From assembly GCF_009914755.1 (NCBI RefSeq), contig NC_060934.1: a stretch of 64,000 nucleotides of DNA; one strand, 5' to 3'. Below are positions 1-13,040 of this stretch, piece by piece. A program made the position numbers and the translations under genes. Position 1 is the stretch's first letter. Every line of letters starts with the position of its first letter. Under the pieces are notes generated by a model. It was not told the DNA's origin. It did not search any database and saw nothing but the letters and a program-made list of their open reading frames with translations. Source of the DNA: the human T2T-CHM13v2.0 reference genome, Homo sapiens.

Positions 1-207
1 TGACTTCAGGCTGTCAGACTCCAAAAGGTCATGCAATTGGAGCCTTGGATAATGGCTCCCATTCACCAAGTTCCTTTAGATAAGCCTCTGAGGGAGATCT
101 GACTGCTGTTTTCCCAAAACATCGCCCCCTGTCAGCAGGAAGCAGTTAAGATTGGTCTTCATCCCTATGCTAATGGCAGTGAGATATACCTCTTCAGAGG
201 GGGGACA
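1..207 (+). mobile_element. 3' end of ERV1-class proviral internal region with polypurine tract
   Basis: Typical ERV1 post-env sequence (gccccctgtcagcaggaagcagttaag), then PPT agagggggg at ~196-204 directly before an LTR. Confidence 0.7.
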
Positions 208-733
208 TAAGAGTGGCAGGAGGCAGCCAAATGCCTAGGCCGACAGGTGCAGGTCCCCGTGAATCCCCACCTCCAAGCCAAAGACAGTTTAAAGCCTGAA
301 AGCCAAGCTACAAGTCAACCCCTCAGATCAGATTGAGAACTTGTCTTCCTGTTTGGCATGCTTTCCTCTGATTGATCCCCACCCTTCACCTATTTTACGT
401 ATACCTGCTCTTTCCTAACTGGTTTTCTACACTGCCATACCCAGCTTTGAGTGGTGTCTTCACTTTAACCTTTTCTGCATACTCACAAACCAATCAGCAT
501 GCAGTCTCCATTCTGAGTCCATAAAAGGCCCAAGACCCAGCCACTTGGTGGGGACTTTCCCACCTTCAGGTAGGGGAACCACCCCCGCCCCACCATCCCT
601 TCTTTGCTCAAAGCTTTCATTTTGCTTAATAAATTCTACTCCACTTAATCTCTGGTGTCCACACACCTAATTCTTCCTGGTTTTAAGACAAGACCTCGGA
701 CCTAGCTGAGCTAAGAAGCTAAGGACCACAACA
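208..733 (+). mobile_element. ERV1 3' LTR (LTR9/MER61-like)
   Basis: Starts ggcaggaggcagccaaatgcctaggc...aaagcctgaaagccaagctacaag; CCAAT ~491, TATA-like cataaaa ~520, AATAAA 628-633, ends ...CA. Confidence 0.75.
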
Positions 734-1839
734 CTGCCACCTCCCAGGCTTGGAGGATAGCACGAACTCCAGAACTCACCAGCATTGGAAGAGTCCATAA
801 CTCTCCTCTGAGCAGACTGTGATGCTTCAGGATAAGACCAGAGCTCCCGTCTTTTCCCCAAGTGAGCCCGCCCCAAGCGTGCTTTGTTTTTCAAAGCCTC
901 AGGAGCAAGAAATGCAGAATTAAAGCCAACAGCTCAGCTCTGAACGTGATATCAGGTTGTGTTTGTCCCCTAACCATACACAAACATGCCCTGCCCTTGC
1001 ACACCCAGCGTCTGCCTGGGCTGTGTTCTGAGCCCTTGCAGTCAGCTCAGCCCACGGTGGCAAAACAAACACACAGGGCAATTCTGCAGAGAAGAGCTGC
1101 CTAGGGGCATTTGGGCCCAGATTTTATTTGAAGAAATGTGGGAGAAGCCACGGCACTCTCCCCAGAGTTCCTGCAAACACAGCATTCATGGCTGTGAGGA
1201 CTGGGATGGGGACAAGCCACCTCTCCAGAGCCACCTGCCACCTTGCTCCTGTAGGGACCCTCAGCTCCAAGCAAACCTGTTTAAAAGCAAACCTCCAAGC
1301 AGACAGGCACCTGTCACCACCCACAAGCCTGACCTTCTCCCTTTCCTTTGGCTCTGCTGACCCCTTCCTGTCTGTGCAGTTCCACAACCCCTGCTGGCCC
1401 CCTGACACTGTGGTCTTCCTGGTCCAATGCTGGGCAATGGGGACCCTGAGATAAGGAAGACGGAGTGCCAGCACCCCCAGACCTCACATTCCAAGGGAGA
1501 AGTCAGGGACTTATACAGACTAATATGATTCAAGGCACTAAGAGCCCAAACAATGGGACACAGCCTGATAAACAGCCTGGAGAGTAGGGAGGCAATCAGG
1601 GAAGGTTTCCTGAAGGAGGAGAGACCTGAGCAGAGTGGAGAGTTGGCCAAGCAGAGGAACTTGAGGGCATTGTCAGCAGAGGGGATGGATGCAACACCAC
1701 CTTGAGGAGATCCTTCTTCCCTGCACCTTCTCACCTCCAATCTCAACACAAATTTCTCTGTACCACCCACTGGTGTGGCCCCTGGTGTATGCTGCTCTGT
1801 GTAGCAGTGTGTTCATCTGGCTGCTTGGCATGACCAGAC

Positions 1840-1847
1840 TGTGTGTG

Positions 1848-1885
<38 letters not shown>

Positions 1886-1889
1886 TGTG
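1840..1889. repeat. (TG)n microsatellite
   Basis: About 25 TG units with two interruptions. Confidence 0.95.
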
Positions 1890-2059
1890 AAGAGAGAGGG
1901 AGAGATTTATACTCTCCTTCTACCCTCTGTGCTGTCCCCAGAACACTCTCCATTAAAGCTTGTTGAGCAAATATCAATGACAACATCTCCAGCACAGCCA
2001 TTGAAGCCTCATGCTTCATCCCAAGCCTGGGGTCCAGCGCAGGCTCTGCCCCTTCCCAG

Positions 2060-2208
2060 CTGTGCTTCTTCAACCGTGAGATGTAGCTAATCATGGCATC
2101 AGCCTCCAGGGTTCTTGTGGTGACTATGTCAAGTGATGCATACGTGCAGAGCATTCAGCAAGTGCCTGGCACACAGAAAGTGTTAAATAAATGGTAGCTA
2201 TTATTATT
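2060..2208 (+). mobile_element. MIR 3' fragment
   Basis: agtgcctggcacacagaaagtgttaaataaatggtagctattattatt MIR tail. Confidence 0.75.
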
Positions 2209-2409
2209 CTTGGTGGTATTCTAAAGCTCCCACAGCCACTGTGCCAATGCCCTGGCTGGCATTCTGGAGGCCCCAGGGCACAGTGAATAAAAGCTCCCAT
2301 TTAAAGGCCAGGTCTTGGGGGTGAGTCCTGCCCTGGCTATGCAACCTCAGGTTGGTGCCTAGGAGGACCCGGGTCTCCTGTGAAGTGGCCGACTAAGGCT
2401 CTTGGAACT

Positions 2410-3060
2410 TTCCCAGAACAACGATCTAACTCCCCACTGCCCTCCTCCCCCAACGACTGACCATAGCTCCCAGATCTCCCATCAGTTCCCTGCTTTGGAG
2501 TCGTGGACACTGGCCCAGGGGGACTGGCCTCTGTGCCCCGAGAGCCTCTCTGGCCCCCTCCACACACTGACTCCCAGCTTGGCAGCAGGCAGCTGTAGAA
2601 TTTACAACTGTCTGTCCAGCCTTGGCCTCTGCCCTTGAAGGTGGGGGATGAGCCTGGCCCTGCTGCTGGCCAGCGCTGCTCCATGGGGAGTTCCTGCTGC
2701 CTCCCACTTTGCTGCTGAGCCACTTCCTAAAACCCACAGAGGCTGAGGAGCTGCCAAGTCCTCCAGGAAAGGCTGAGGCAAGTGGTACCTGGGCAGGCAG
2801 GGTGGCATGGTGGCTGTACACACGTGCTTTTGGAGTCTTGGATCCAAATTTCAGCATTGCCCTTCCAAGTCCCAGAACCTTGGACAAGTCACTCAGTCAC
2901 TCAGAGCCGCTGTTTCCCAGCTATAAAAATGGGAAAATACCAGTGCTCTCCCTTTGGGCTGATGATTGTGGAATTACATGATATTTGCCCTCAGCCTAGT
3001 GCCTATGTCAAGGAACAATAGATGTCTTCTTAAAAAAGAATGTGCTATTAGCCTAAAGCT
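2410..3060 (+). repeat. Inverted duplication copy A (unique sequence plus MIR at ~2830-3020)
   Basis: Reverse complement aligns to 29252-29910; ORF track shows near-identical peptides (2426..2887 minus vs 29450..29830 plus). Confidence 0.95.
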
Positions 3061-5789
3061 GCCAATCAAGTTCCAGAAGCAAACAGTGCACAAAATGGGC
3101 ATCTCCTGAATCACAAGTGGCCGCCTTTACAGCTTGACTTGGGGACCCAGGAAGGTGAGAGACAGTAAACAGACCGGAGGAGATGCTACCTGGGCCTGCA
3201 GGAGGAGCAAGGGGTGCAAATGTAGGGTGCAGGTCCCAAAGGACCCAGGGAGGGGAGGAGGGGAAATACCCACTCCTGGGCGGGCCCTGCAGAGGGAGTC
3301 TGTGCACTCAGCACAGAGAAAGGCCCTGGCAGTGGGTTTCCCTTGGGTGGGGGGATCCCTGATGCTCAGCCCTGCAGCGGTGCAGAGCAAAGGGGCGCTG
3401 AGGGTGGCCCGATGGCACCTTCTTATCTGAGTGATGTAGCTGGGGGCTCAGCTGGCCTGTGGAGTGCCTAGGAACAACTTGCCAGAAGCCAGATTGGTAT
3501 TGAGTGCACTGTGGCTGGAGCTGCCATTCGGTTGGACTCCAGGGGGTAAAGGGAGGAAACATGGCTGAAATGGCGGGGGGAACCCAGGGGCTGCCTTGCT
3601 GGGCATGAAGTGTTTTCTGGAGCACCGGAGTGATTAGAACTGCTTCCCTCCACAAGGCAACTCCTCTGTTTGGGCTTTCACACCGGGGGAGATGCTCTTT
3701 TCCTCTTTCCTGTGATTTTTTGTGGTGAGTAGACACTGGCCTTCTCGACTGGAACCTGAAGGTCAAGAAAGAACGAGGGTAGAAAGGAAGCCTCGGTTCT
3801 TAGGGACCACCCAAGGGTCTTAGGATGAAGCCCCTGGGAGGGACCCCCTGCACAACTCCCTCTGGATCCCGTGATCATGGAGCGGGAGAACAGCTGGTGA
3901 AGGCTGCAGGGGTTTCACATCCCAGGTCTTGGCCAATTTGCTTCCACCACAGACATGATTCTGAGTGACAGAAAGTGTGCTGCTGGCACAGGAGGCCAAC
4001 AGGACGTCCGGGAGTTGTGAGGCTCCAAGATTGAGAGGGCTATGGCCTCCTTACTCTTTGAGTCACTACTGAATGCTGCCTCCTTATAGAAGCCTCCCCG
4101 CGCCAGGTTTCTCTATGACCTGTGCTCTCTGTTTCTTCCACGGTGCAAATTACCATTTGTAATTACGTATCAATTTGCTCCTTTGTTCTCTAGAATAGAA
4201 GCTTCTGGAAGAAAGGGGCCTGGTGTACCTATTCTCTATGGTATACTTGACATGCCACTAGGGGGCAAAGAGGACAAAAGGGCTTCAGAGAAAGGCCTAG
4301 ACATGCGTTGCTGAAAGCATTTGACATTTGGGCTGAGGTGGTGGGGGAGAAGGCAACAGCAATTTCTAGGCACGGGAAGAGTTATGTCATGCAAAGTGTA
4401 ACCTGGCACAGAGCAGGGGAGAGACTGGAGACCAGGAGACAAGTTTGGAGGCCACTGCCATGGGTTAGCTGAAACAGGGAGGGGACTTGGAGAGTGGGGC
4501 ATGGCCCACCAGAGAGGAGATAGGAGAATCTTCCAGACCCTAAAGCCAACAGAGAAGAGCCAGTTCATGCGGACAGGAGATACAGCGGGAAGTCAGAGCA
4601 CGTGTCCATTCATTAACGGGGTAGTGCCATCATCCAGGAGGGAGTGGGGCTGCAGGGATGGAGACATGGAGTGGTCATCATAAGGAACGTGTGCTTGAAG
4701 CTACTGCAATTCTAAAACAAATTGGAGAAACAGATTTTCACCATAGACTTTCACTCTACCACTCTGGAGTTCCAATTTGGCCCAGATTCTGATCACCCAA
4801 AGCAGAAACATAGAGGAGAAGGACGCTGGCCAAATGCCCTCGGTGCCTTTGGGGGTCCAGTCAGTCTCCCCTCCAGTGGCTTTGTGTTCACTGTCAGCAG
4901 AGCACACACCTCCCTGCCACTGGAGGCCACAGCAAGTCCCTGCAAGACCCACAGAAAGCTGAACCTTGTTAGCTTTCAGTTCCCACCAGCACCTCTAGGA
5001 AGCCCAGCGGAATGGGGGAGAGCTCCTGTACTCCCCCTGCACTGCCTTCTGCTGCTGTTCGTGTCAAAGATGATGATAAAGGCAGGGAAAGGGGATGAAA
5101 GGGGAGTGAGTTCAGAGACAGGGACAACAAGGAGTGCTGTCCATAGAGCCACTGAATCCACTTAGAGAAGAGCCCACAGCCTTCAGGCTGGCCCCTTTCA
5201 GGAATCTGTAATGTGCCCCCACTCTGTGAGTAGCAGACCCTCCTCTGAGTGTGGAATTACATGGACTCACATATCACTGCTTAACCCACTAGGGTCCTTC
5301 CCATCCACACAACCCTTTTTATAGCTTGCAATGACTGAAGGTTTAGCTAGTTCCAAGAGAAATGCCAAGGAGCTGGTCTTAAACAAGTTCCCCTTGTCCT
5401 TCACTGGCAACTTGCACTTCCAACTCGGGTTTTCTGACTCCCTGCTTGAACATTTCTGGGCTGGCCTCCTGGCCATCAGCTCTAGATCATTCGCCTCCCA
5501 AGCCTCTCTACTTCCTGTCTCTTCTTCCCATTCCATGGAAAATGCAAACCTTCTGTGTAGAGCAAAGGCCTGTCAATCAAAGTGCAACTCACAGACAAAA
5601 GAATCACCGCAGTGGGTGGCTTCAGAACTGTGTGGCTGCCAGAGCTGCCTGAGTCAGTGGAGACTGTGAACCTCCACTCGGGTGAGGAGCAGGCTCCCTC
5701 CTGGGCTCCTGCTCTGGGACAATGGGTGGGGAAAAGGGAATGAGTGTGTATTCTGTGCCTTTTCATTCCGAGCTTTAAACACATCATCT

Positions 5790-5950
5790 ATGTCGTTGAT
5801 CCCTCACCACCATCCTGAAAGGCAGACTCTGTTATCCCCACTTTACAGATGAACAAGCAGATGCTCCAAGAAGTCACATGACTTTCCCAATGCCATCCTC
5901 CTTACCAGGGACAGAGGCAGGATTTGAGTAGTTTTGACCCTAACACTGCT
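5790..5950 (-). mobile_element. MIR
   Basis: ttatccccactttacagatgaacaagcaga...gaagtcacatgactttcccaa core. Confidence 0.7.
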
Positions 5951-6469
5951 TCTCTTTCCCAAGCATTTGACAGGAAGCTGTCTGCAATGCTAGCAGCTAT
6001 TAATGTCATCAGGACACAAAATCTAGTAAGGCGACAAAATATTTGAAACCAGGACTGACCTGGAGAATTTCAGTGTCAGGAGGCCACCTGTAGGGATTGG
6101 TGGAGGTCCTGAACCTCCCTGTGACTTCTGGAGCAGCCAGCACCTCGAGCCATCTACAGGGTGGGGCAGATTTCCTCCATCAGGCTCAGGTGGCATCTCC
6201 TAGCTTTTGCCCAGCCAGGACATTGCTAGCTGACATTTCCTTCATTCCCATCTCACCCCCACTCATTACTGCCAACATCATTCACATATATCCTCCCTCC
6301 CTTCTGTTCTCCTTGCTAATTACACACATGTTTCTAGATACTCTCTCAATTCTGGTTGTCTTCAAGCCAAATTTAGGGCTCTGGCACCAATCGTTGCTGC
6401 CAGGGGGCTTCTCAGAGACTGGAAGCACCAAGTGTGATGTCTTTGCCTCAGGAACATGTCTGCAATCAT

Positions 6470-6598
6470 GTCTGCTGAGCTCTAACCCCAGAGGTTGTGA
6501 TTCTTGGGAACTATATCAGGGCCCAGGAATTTGCATCTTAACAGGCTCCCCAGGGAATTCTGATGCTGGTGGTCTGGGCATTGCACTTGGAGAAGCTC
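6470..6598. mobile_element. MER5A-like hAT-Charlie fragment
   Basis: gggcccaggaatttgcatcttaacaggctccccagggaattctgatgc...cttggagaa. Confidence 0.7.
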
Positions 6599-6749
6599 TG
6601 AATGAAACCATTGCAGAATGAATGCAAACTTTTTAAGTGAAAAAGGAGGTGGAAAATATACTTAGAGAGGTGGTGGCGGTGGGAAGGGATGCTGGGGGTG
6701 GGAGGGTGCCGGGAATTAACATACATGGAGCTCCGGCTAGGAGCTGGTT

Positions 6750-6930
6750 ACTTTTGATATCTCATCACCTTTGGGCCCTACAACAGCCTTGCAACAGACA
6801 CCTTATTTGCCCTTTTCACAAAAGAAGGAAGCAAAAGTCCAAGGAGGTTAAGAGACATACCCAAGTTTTCATGGACTGTCAGTAAAGACCTGGAATTTGA
6901 AGCTACATCTGCCTGATTCCAGAAGCTTTC
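6750..6930 (-). mobile_element. MIR
   Basis: cccttttcacaaaagaaggaagc...gaggttaagagacatacccaag...ggaatttgaagc. Confidence 0.55.
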
Positions 6931-7319
6931 ACAACCTGCCTTGCCCCACTGATGACTCAGAAGGTACCAGCTACCGGATGCTTTTATACAGGGCTGGGCA
7001 CAGAGTCAGCTTTCAAAACATACCTGCTAGATGAATGAAGAACGAGTGAATGAATGAGAAAATGAAATAATAAAACTGCTTTGAGATCATGGAAAGTAGC
7101 CCAAGAGGTTCCCTCTGTGACCTCATGCTCAAACTTCCTCTCCCACTGTTTCTTTAATCTGAAAGGTGACTCCACTAAATTTGCCCCGTTGATAAGGCCA
7201 TGCAGCTCACCTGCACCTGTTATCAGCAACCTGAATCCAAACAGGAAGCCAAGGCTGAGATAAGATCGAGGAAGGCAACGCCTGGAATCATTACAAGGCT
7301 GGAATTAGTTTGTTGCCAT

Positions 7320-7570
7320 AAGTAATCTATTGAGCACCTCCTAAGTGCCAAGCTCTGTGCCAGGCCCCAAGGATAACGCAGGAAACCAGGCAGTCCCTGC
7401 CCTTGAATGTCTTACAATCTACTGGGGAAGGAAAGTGGGTGTTGAAGAAATAATTACGAATGGGATGAGTGATACAGAAAGGAAGAAGTATGAGGCCAGG
7501 CAGTCACAGCAAACCTTCCTGAGGACACACCCTGTAGGCTGGGAGCTGAGCAATGAGGAGCTAGCCAGTT
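7320..7570 (-). mobile_element. L2 fragment
   Basis: ctattgagcacctcctaagtgccaagctctgtgccaggcc...ccctgcccttgaatgtcttacaatctactgggg. Confidence 0.6.
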
Positions 7571-7865
7571 CTTGAAGCTAGGGGAGCCACCTACCGCTCT
7601 TCACATCACAACTATCCCAGAGCAAAAAGGTGCTTGCTTTTGTGTTTCTTGCCCCTGCTCAAAATGGCTTTCCACAGGCGATTACCCATGGTCAAGCTTT
7701 GCTTTCTCTCTGCTTCTACTCTCCTGCATTACCAGGGTTTTTCCTCCAGCAATAATGGCCAAGCCCTGCACTTTTCACTCAGGCCTCCTGCTGCCTCTCC
7801 CAGCTGCCTTCAGCCAGTGTCTGCCGAAGCCCCCTTGTAGCGGCCTAGGCAGTTGATTTCTAAAC

Positions 7866-10800
7866 TTTTTTTTCTTTTTTGTGAAAATTATTTTTATAGA
7901 GTTCGAAAGTACACGTGCAGTTTTGTTACATGGAGATAGTGTGTAGTGAATGAAGTGTGGGCTATTAGTGTAACCATCACCCAAATAGTGTACATTGTAG
8001 CTATTAGGTAGTTTCTCATTCCCCACCACCTCCCACCTTTCTGAGTTTCCAATGTGTATTATTCCACTTTATATGTCCATGTGTACACAGTTTAGCTCCC
8101 ACTTATAGGTGAGAACATGCAGTATTTTACTTTCTGTTTCTTAGTTATTTCACTTAAGATAATGGACTCCAGTTCCATCCACATTGCTGCAAAAGACATG
8201 ATTTCATTCTTTTTATAGCTGCATAGTATTTTGTGGCGTGTGTGTGTATGATGTTGGCTACGGGTTTGTTGTATATGACTTTGCTTATTTTAGGTTATGT
8301 TCCTTTGATGCCTACTTTGTTGAGTTTTTATAATGAAGGGATGCAGAATTGCATCAAATGCTTTTTCCATATGTTTTGAGATGATCATATGGTTTTTCCT
8401 CTTATTCTGTTTATGTGATGAATCACATGTATTGATTTGTGTATGTTGAACCATCCTTGCATCCCTGAAATAAAACCCACTTGATTGTGGCTTATTATCT
8501 TTTTGATGTGCTGTTGGATTCAGTTTGTTAGTTTTTTGTTGTTGTTGTTGTTTTGTTGAGGATTTTTGAGGATCTGTGTTAATCAGGGATATTGGTCTGT
8601 AGTTTTCTTTTTTTGTTGTGTCCTTGCCTCATTTAGGTATCATGGTGATACTGGCTTCATAGAATGAGTTAAAGATAATTCCCTCCTCCTTGATTTTTTT
8701 GGGACAGTTTCAGTAGCATTGGTATCAGTTCTTTGTATACATGGTAGAATTCAGCTGTGAATCCATCTGGCCCTCGGCCTTTTTTTTTTTTTTGGTTGAG
8801 GGATTTTTTTTATTATTATTACTGATTCAATCTGACTACTTGTTATCGGCCTGTTATTTGCCCTCTATTTCTTCCTGATTCGTTCTTGTGAGGTTGTGTG
8901 TTTGTAGATGTTTATCCATTTCCCCTAGTTTTCCAGTTTGTGAAGATAGAGATGCTCGTAACAGTCCCTGATGCTCTTTTGTATTCCTGTGGTATCAGTT
9001 GTAATGTCTCCTTTTCATCTCTGATTTTACTTATTTGAATCTTCTCTCCTCCTGATTAGTCTAGCTAGTGGTCTATCAATTTTGTTTATTTTTTCAAATA
9101 ACCAACTTTTTGTTTCATTGATCCTTTGTATTTTTTGTCTCAATTTCATTTATTTCTTCTCTTTGTAATTCCTTTCCTTCTGCTAGCATTGTGTTTGGTT
9201 TGTTTGTTTGTTTGTTTTTGTTCCTTGTGGTGTGACATTAGGCTGTTAATTTGTGTTCTTTTTATTTTTGTTCTGTAGGCATTTACCGCTATAAACTTTC
9301 CCCTAAGCACTGCCTTTGTTGTATCCCAGAGGTTGTGATATGTCGTGTCTCCATTTCCATTTGTTTCAAAAATTTTTAAATTTTCATCTTAATTTCATTG
9401 TTAACACAAAGATCATTCAGGAGCAGGTTGTTTAATTTCCGTGTATTTTTATTGTTTTCATAGTTTCTCTGGGAATTGATTTCTAGTTTTATTCCACTGT
9501 GGTCTGAGAAGATACTTGATAAGATTTCAATTTTTTGAAATTTATTGAGACTTGTTTTGTGGCCTAACATATGCTCTATCTATACAGTTCTATGCACTGT
9601 ATATTCTGCAGTCATTGGGTAAAATGTTCTGTAAATGTCTGCTAGGTCTATTTGGTCTAGATGCCTAATTAAGTCCAGTGTTTCTTTGTTGAATTTCTAT
9701 CTCATTGATCTGTCTAGTGTTGTCAGTGGGGTGTTGAAGTGCCCCACTATTATTGTATTTCTGTCTGTCTCTTTTCTTAGGTTTAATATTTAATAGTATT
9801 TGTTTTATGAATCTGGCCGCATTGGTGTTGGGTTCACATATATCTATGATTGTTATAACTTCCTGGTGAATACATTCTTTTATCATTATATAATGACTGT
9901 CTTTTTTTTTTCTTACTGTTGTTGATTTAAGGTTTATTTTTATTTTATCTGATGTAAGTATAGCTTCTCCTGATTGATTTTGGTTTCTGTTTGCATGGAA
10001 TATCTTTTTCTACCCCTTTACTTTGAGTCTATATGCCTTTACCAGTTATGTGGGTCTCTTGTAAGCAGCATATGTTTAGATATATTTTTAAATCAATTCC
10101 AACAATCTATATATTTTAAGTGCATTTGATCCACTCACAATCAAAGTTAATACTGATGTATGAGTATTTGCTCGTCATAATGTTGTCACCTAACTGCGTT
10201 GTAGTCTCATTTGTGTAATTGTTTTATAAGACCTGTGATTTTTATACTTTTATGTGTTTTTGTAATGTTAAGTATCAACCTTTTGTTTACATGTTTAGAA
10301 CTTCCTTGAGCATTTCTTGAAGGACTGGTCTAGTGATAACAAATTCTCTTAGTGTTTGCTTGTCTGGGAGATACTTTATTTCTTCTTCATTTATGAAGCT
10401 TAATTTAGCAGAATACAAAATTCACGGTTGAGAGTTTTTCCTTTAAGTCTGAAAATTGAACCCCAATTTCCTCTGGTTTGTAAGGGTTCTGCTGAGAAAT
10501 CTGCTGTCTCATGGAGTTTCCTTTATAGGTGATTAGACACTTTCCTCTTGGTGACTTTAGAATTTTTCCCTTACTTTGGCTTCAGATAGTGTGATGACTA
10601 TATGTCTTGGTGAAGTATATCTTGCAATGTATTTTATTGGAGTTTTCTGAGCCTCTTGTATCAGGATACTAAATCTCTAACAAGACTAGGGAAATGTTCC
10701 TCAGTTATTTCCTCGAATAGGTTTTTCCAACATTTTTTCTTCTGACTCAAGTATACCTATGACTTGTAGGTTTGGACGTTTTACATAATCCCATACTTCT

Positions 10801-11890
10801 TGAAGGCTTTGTTCATTTTAAAAAAACTTTTTCTTTATTTTTGTCTGACTGGGTTAATTCAAAAGACTTGTTTTCAAGCTTGGAGATTCTTTTTTCTGCT
10901 TGGTCTAGTCTATTATTAAAGCTTTCAACTGTATTTTGTAGTTTCTTCAATGAATTTTTCATTTCCAGAAGTTCTATTTGTTTTTGTCTTTTAAAATATC
11001 TATGACTTTGGTTAATTTTTCATTTATATTCTGAATTGTTTTTCTGATTTCTTTATATTGTTTTCAACTTTCTCTTGGATCTCACTGAGCTTCTTTAAAA
11101 TCAGTATTTTAAATTATTTACTTGGTATTTCAAATATTTCATTTTGGTTAGGATCCATTGCTAAAGACTCAGTGTGTTCCTTTGTGGGTGTTGTAACAGT
11201 TTTTTCATACTTTCACAATTGTTTCTCTGCCCTTCTCATCTGAATAAACTATCTCTTTTTATTATTTTTTAATTTACTTTCATCTGGATAGGATTTTTCC
11301 CTCCTTGATGTTGTGTAGGGTCGTTTGGCTTTGGTTCTGAGTGCTTTCATTGGCCATGACTCTATATGAGTTCCTTGGTTATAGATAGCCATTGTGTGGT
11401 GGCTTTCTCATATTCTGGTTGTAGTAGTAATATACTGGACATGTAAGCAGGCTCACAGCCTCCTGCAGAGCCAGGGTGGCAGAGGTCTCAGGAAGTATAC
11501 CTGTTCTCCAGTGCACACGTGTCAGCAGCTTCTGTGTGTGGTAAGATTTTGTGGGTAAGAGCTGGCTTCAAGAGAAGCAGATGGTATATGCTTGATTTTG
11601 TTTACTGGGAAAGTCTCTCTGTTGCCTCAGGCAATGGGCTGATCTGTGGAATGTAAAGTGGCCTGAATTGCCTGCTCAGCCCCAGATGCAGGGAGAGGGG
11701 AATAAAGCTGAGTGGAGCTGGACTGCCAAGCCTACCACTTGGATACTCCAATGGTGAGCAAAAGCACTAGCCCTGATGGGGGTGGTGGGGGAGCTCCCGG
11801 TGAAATGCACCAAGGTCTCCATGGTGGGGGTAAGGAGGCTACCCCAGATCCACAGCCTGAGCAAGCAGGAACATGGTCCACTACCTTGTC
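7866..11890 (-). mobile_element. L1PB-type LINE (L1PB4-like 3' end), decayed, with large internal deletion at ~8245
   Basis: T-rich tail, L1PB 3' UTR (aagtacacgtgcagttttgttacatgg), ORF2 endonuclease remnants (HKTSLNKFQKIEILSSIFSDHSGIKLEIN, 9376-9570), ORF1 and GC-richer 5' UTR-like sequence. Confidence 0.85.
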
Positions 11891-11891
11891 A

Positions 11892-13040
11892 CTGATTGCT
11901 AAGCTTTCAAGGATTTTGTGAGCTGGCTAAACAAAGCTATATTAAAAATTAAGTTAGACATACAATTAAATAAATCATACTATATTTTATTAAAGTCAAA
12001 GGTCATAAATACTCAAAACTCATTACTTCCTAAGTATTTTACTCCTATTATTTATGTTCTGGAGGAAATTTACATCTATTGTATCTGTATAGTATTTAAC
12101 AATGGTATATGTACAGTGGTATATGTAACAGTGGTACTGTGCATCTCTTCCCAATTCTGCATTCAGTGACATGAACTTAATAGTTACAAATGGCCATGAT
12201 GGGAGTATTTATACCACAGGAATTGGTGTAAGTTGTTTTGTTTATTGTCTGAATTTAACAAAGTGTTGAGAAAAATCTAATAATATAATTAAATTATATA
12301 ATTAAACTTAAAAGTGTGTCCTATATAGCAGTTTTCTAGCATTAGACAACTATTATCGGATTCAGCAAAGAAGTTGCTCACATCACTGAGTGAAGTTTCA
12401 ACATATATCTTAACTATTTCATTTTTGTCTCATGAAAATACCAACCAATCAACATTCATTAGTTGTACATTCATTGGAATTTTTCAATGATGTGACTGAT
12501 TTTGCTCATTAAAATAGTCATCAGGCATTTATTCATAGTCTGATTTTGTCACAGTATGGAGTTGCAAATTATAAAAACCATAAATTTTCCATGAAATAGG
12601 AAGTCACACTGAAGATATGACTTTATATAGGTATATAGAATTTTCAATTAAGATTATTGGATATTTTTATTGTTTATAAATTCTGTGCTGCAATTCTTTT
12701 TTTTTTTTTTTTTTTTTGTGAGACAGAGTCTGGCTCTTTCACCCAGGCTGGAGTACAGTGGCATGATCTTGGCTCACCGCAACCTCCACCTCCCAGGTTC
12801 AAGTGATTTTCCTGCCCAGCTAATTTTTGTATTTTTAGTAGAGATGGGGTTTTGCCATGATGGTAAGGCTGGTCTCAAACTCCTGGCCTCAAGTGATCCA
12901 CCCACCTCGGCCTCCCAAAGTGCTGGGATTACAGGTGTGAGCCACGGCACCTGGCCTGTAATTCTTTATGTCAGTTCAATTTATGATAAACTTATGTTCA
13001 TATGTACATATACTTTCTTTTTTCAAAAACTGGGTTGTCC
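11892..13040. mobile_element. Arthur1-like hAT-Tip100 DNA transposon, interrupted by Alu
   Basis: taatactcaaaactcattacttcctaa...gcatctcttcccaattctgcattcagtgac...gggagtatttataccac resembles Arthur1 consensus. Confidence 0.7.
12697..12956 (-). mobile_element. Alu (AluS/J) with ~40-bp internal deletion
   Basis: Poly-T, Alu body, TSD aattcttt on both sides; reads cctgcc|cagctaattt. Confidence 0.95.

Noticed and set aside
2426-2887. Near-identical peptides from ORFs 2426..2887 (minus) and 29450..29830 (plus) as a paralogous gene pair
   Set aside because: Similarity appears in several frames, the copies differ by frameshifting indels, starts are non-ATG and part is MIR-derived; it reflects DNA duplication, not coding constraint
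6097-6621. Longest ORF in the track (174 aa)
   Set aside because: Non-ATG start, no recognisable domain, and the 3' part is MER5A
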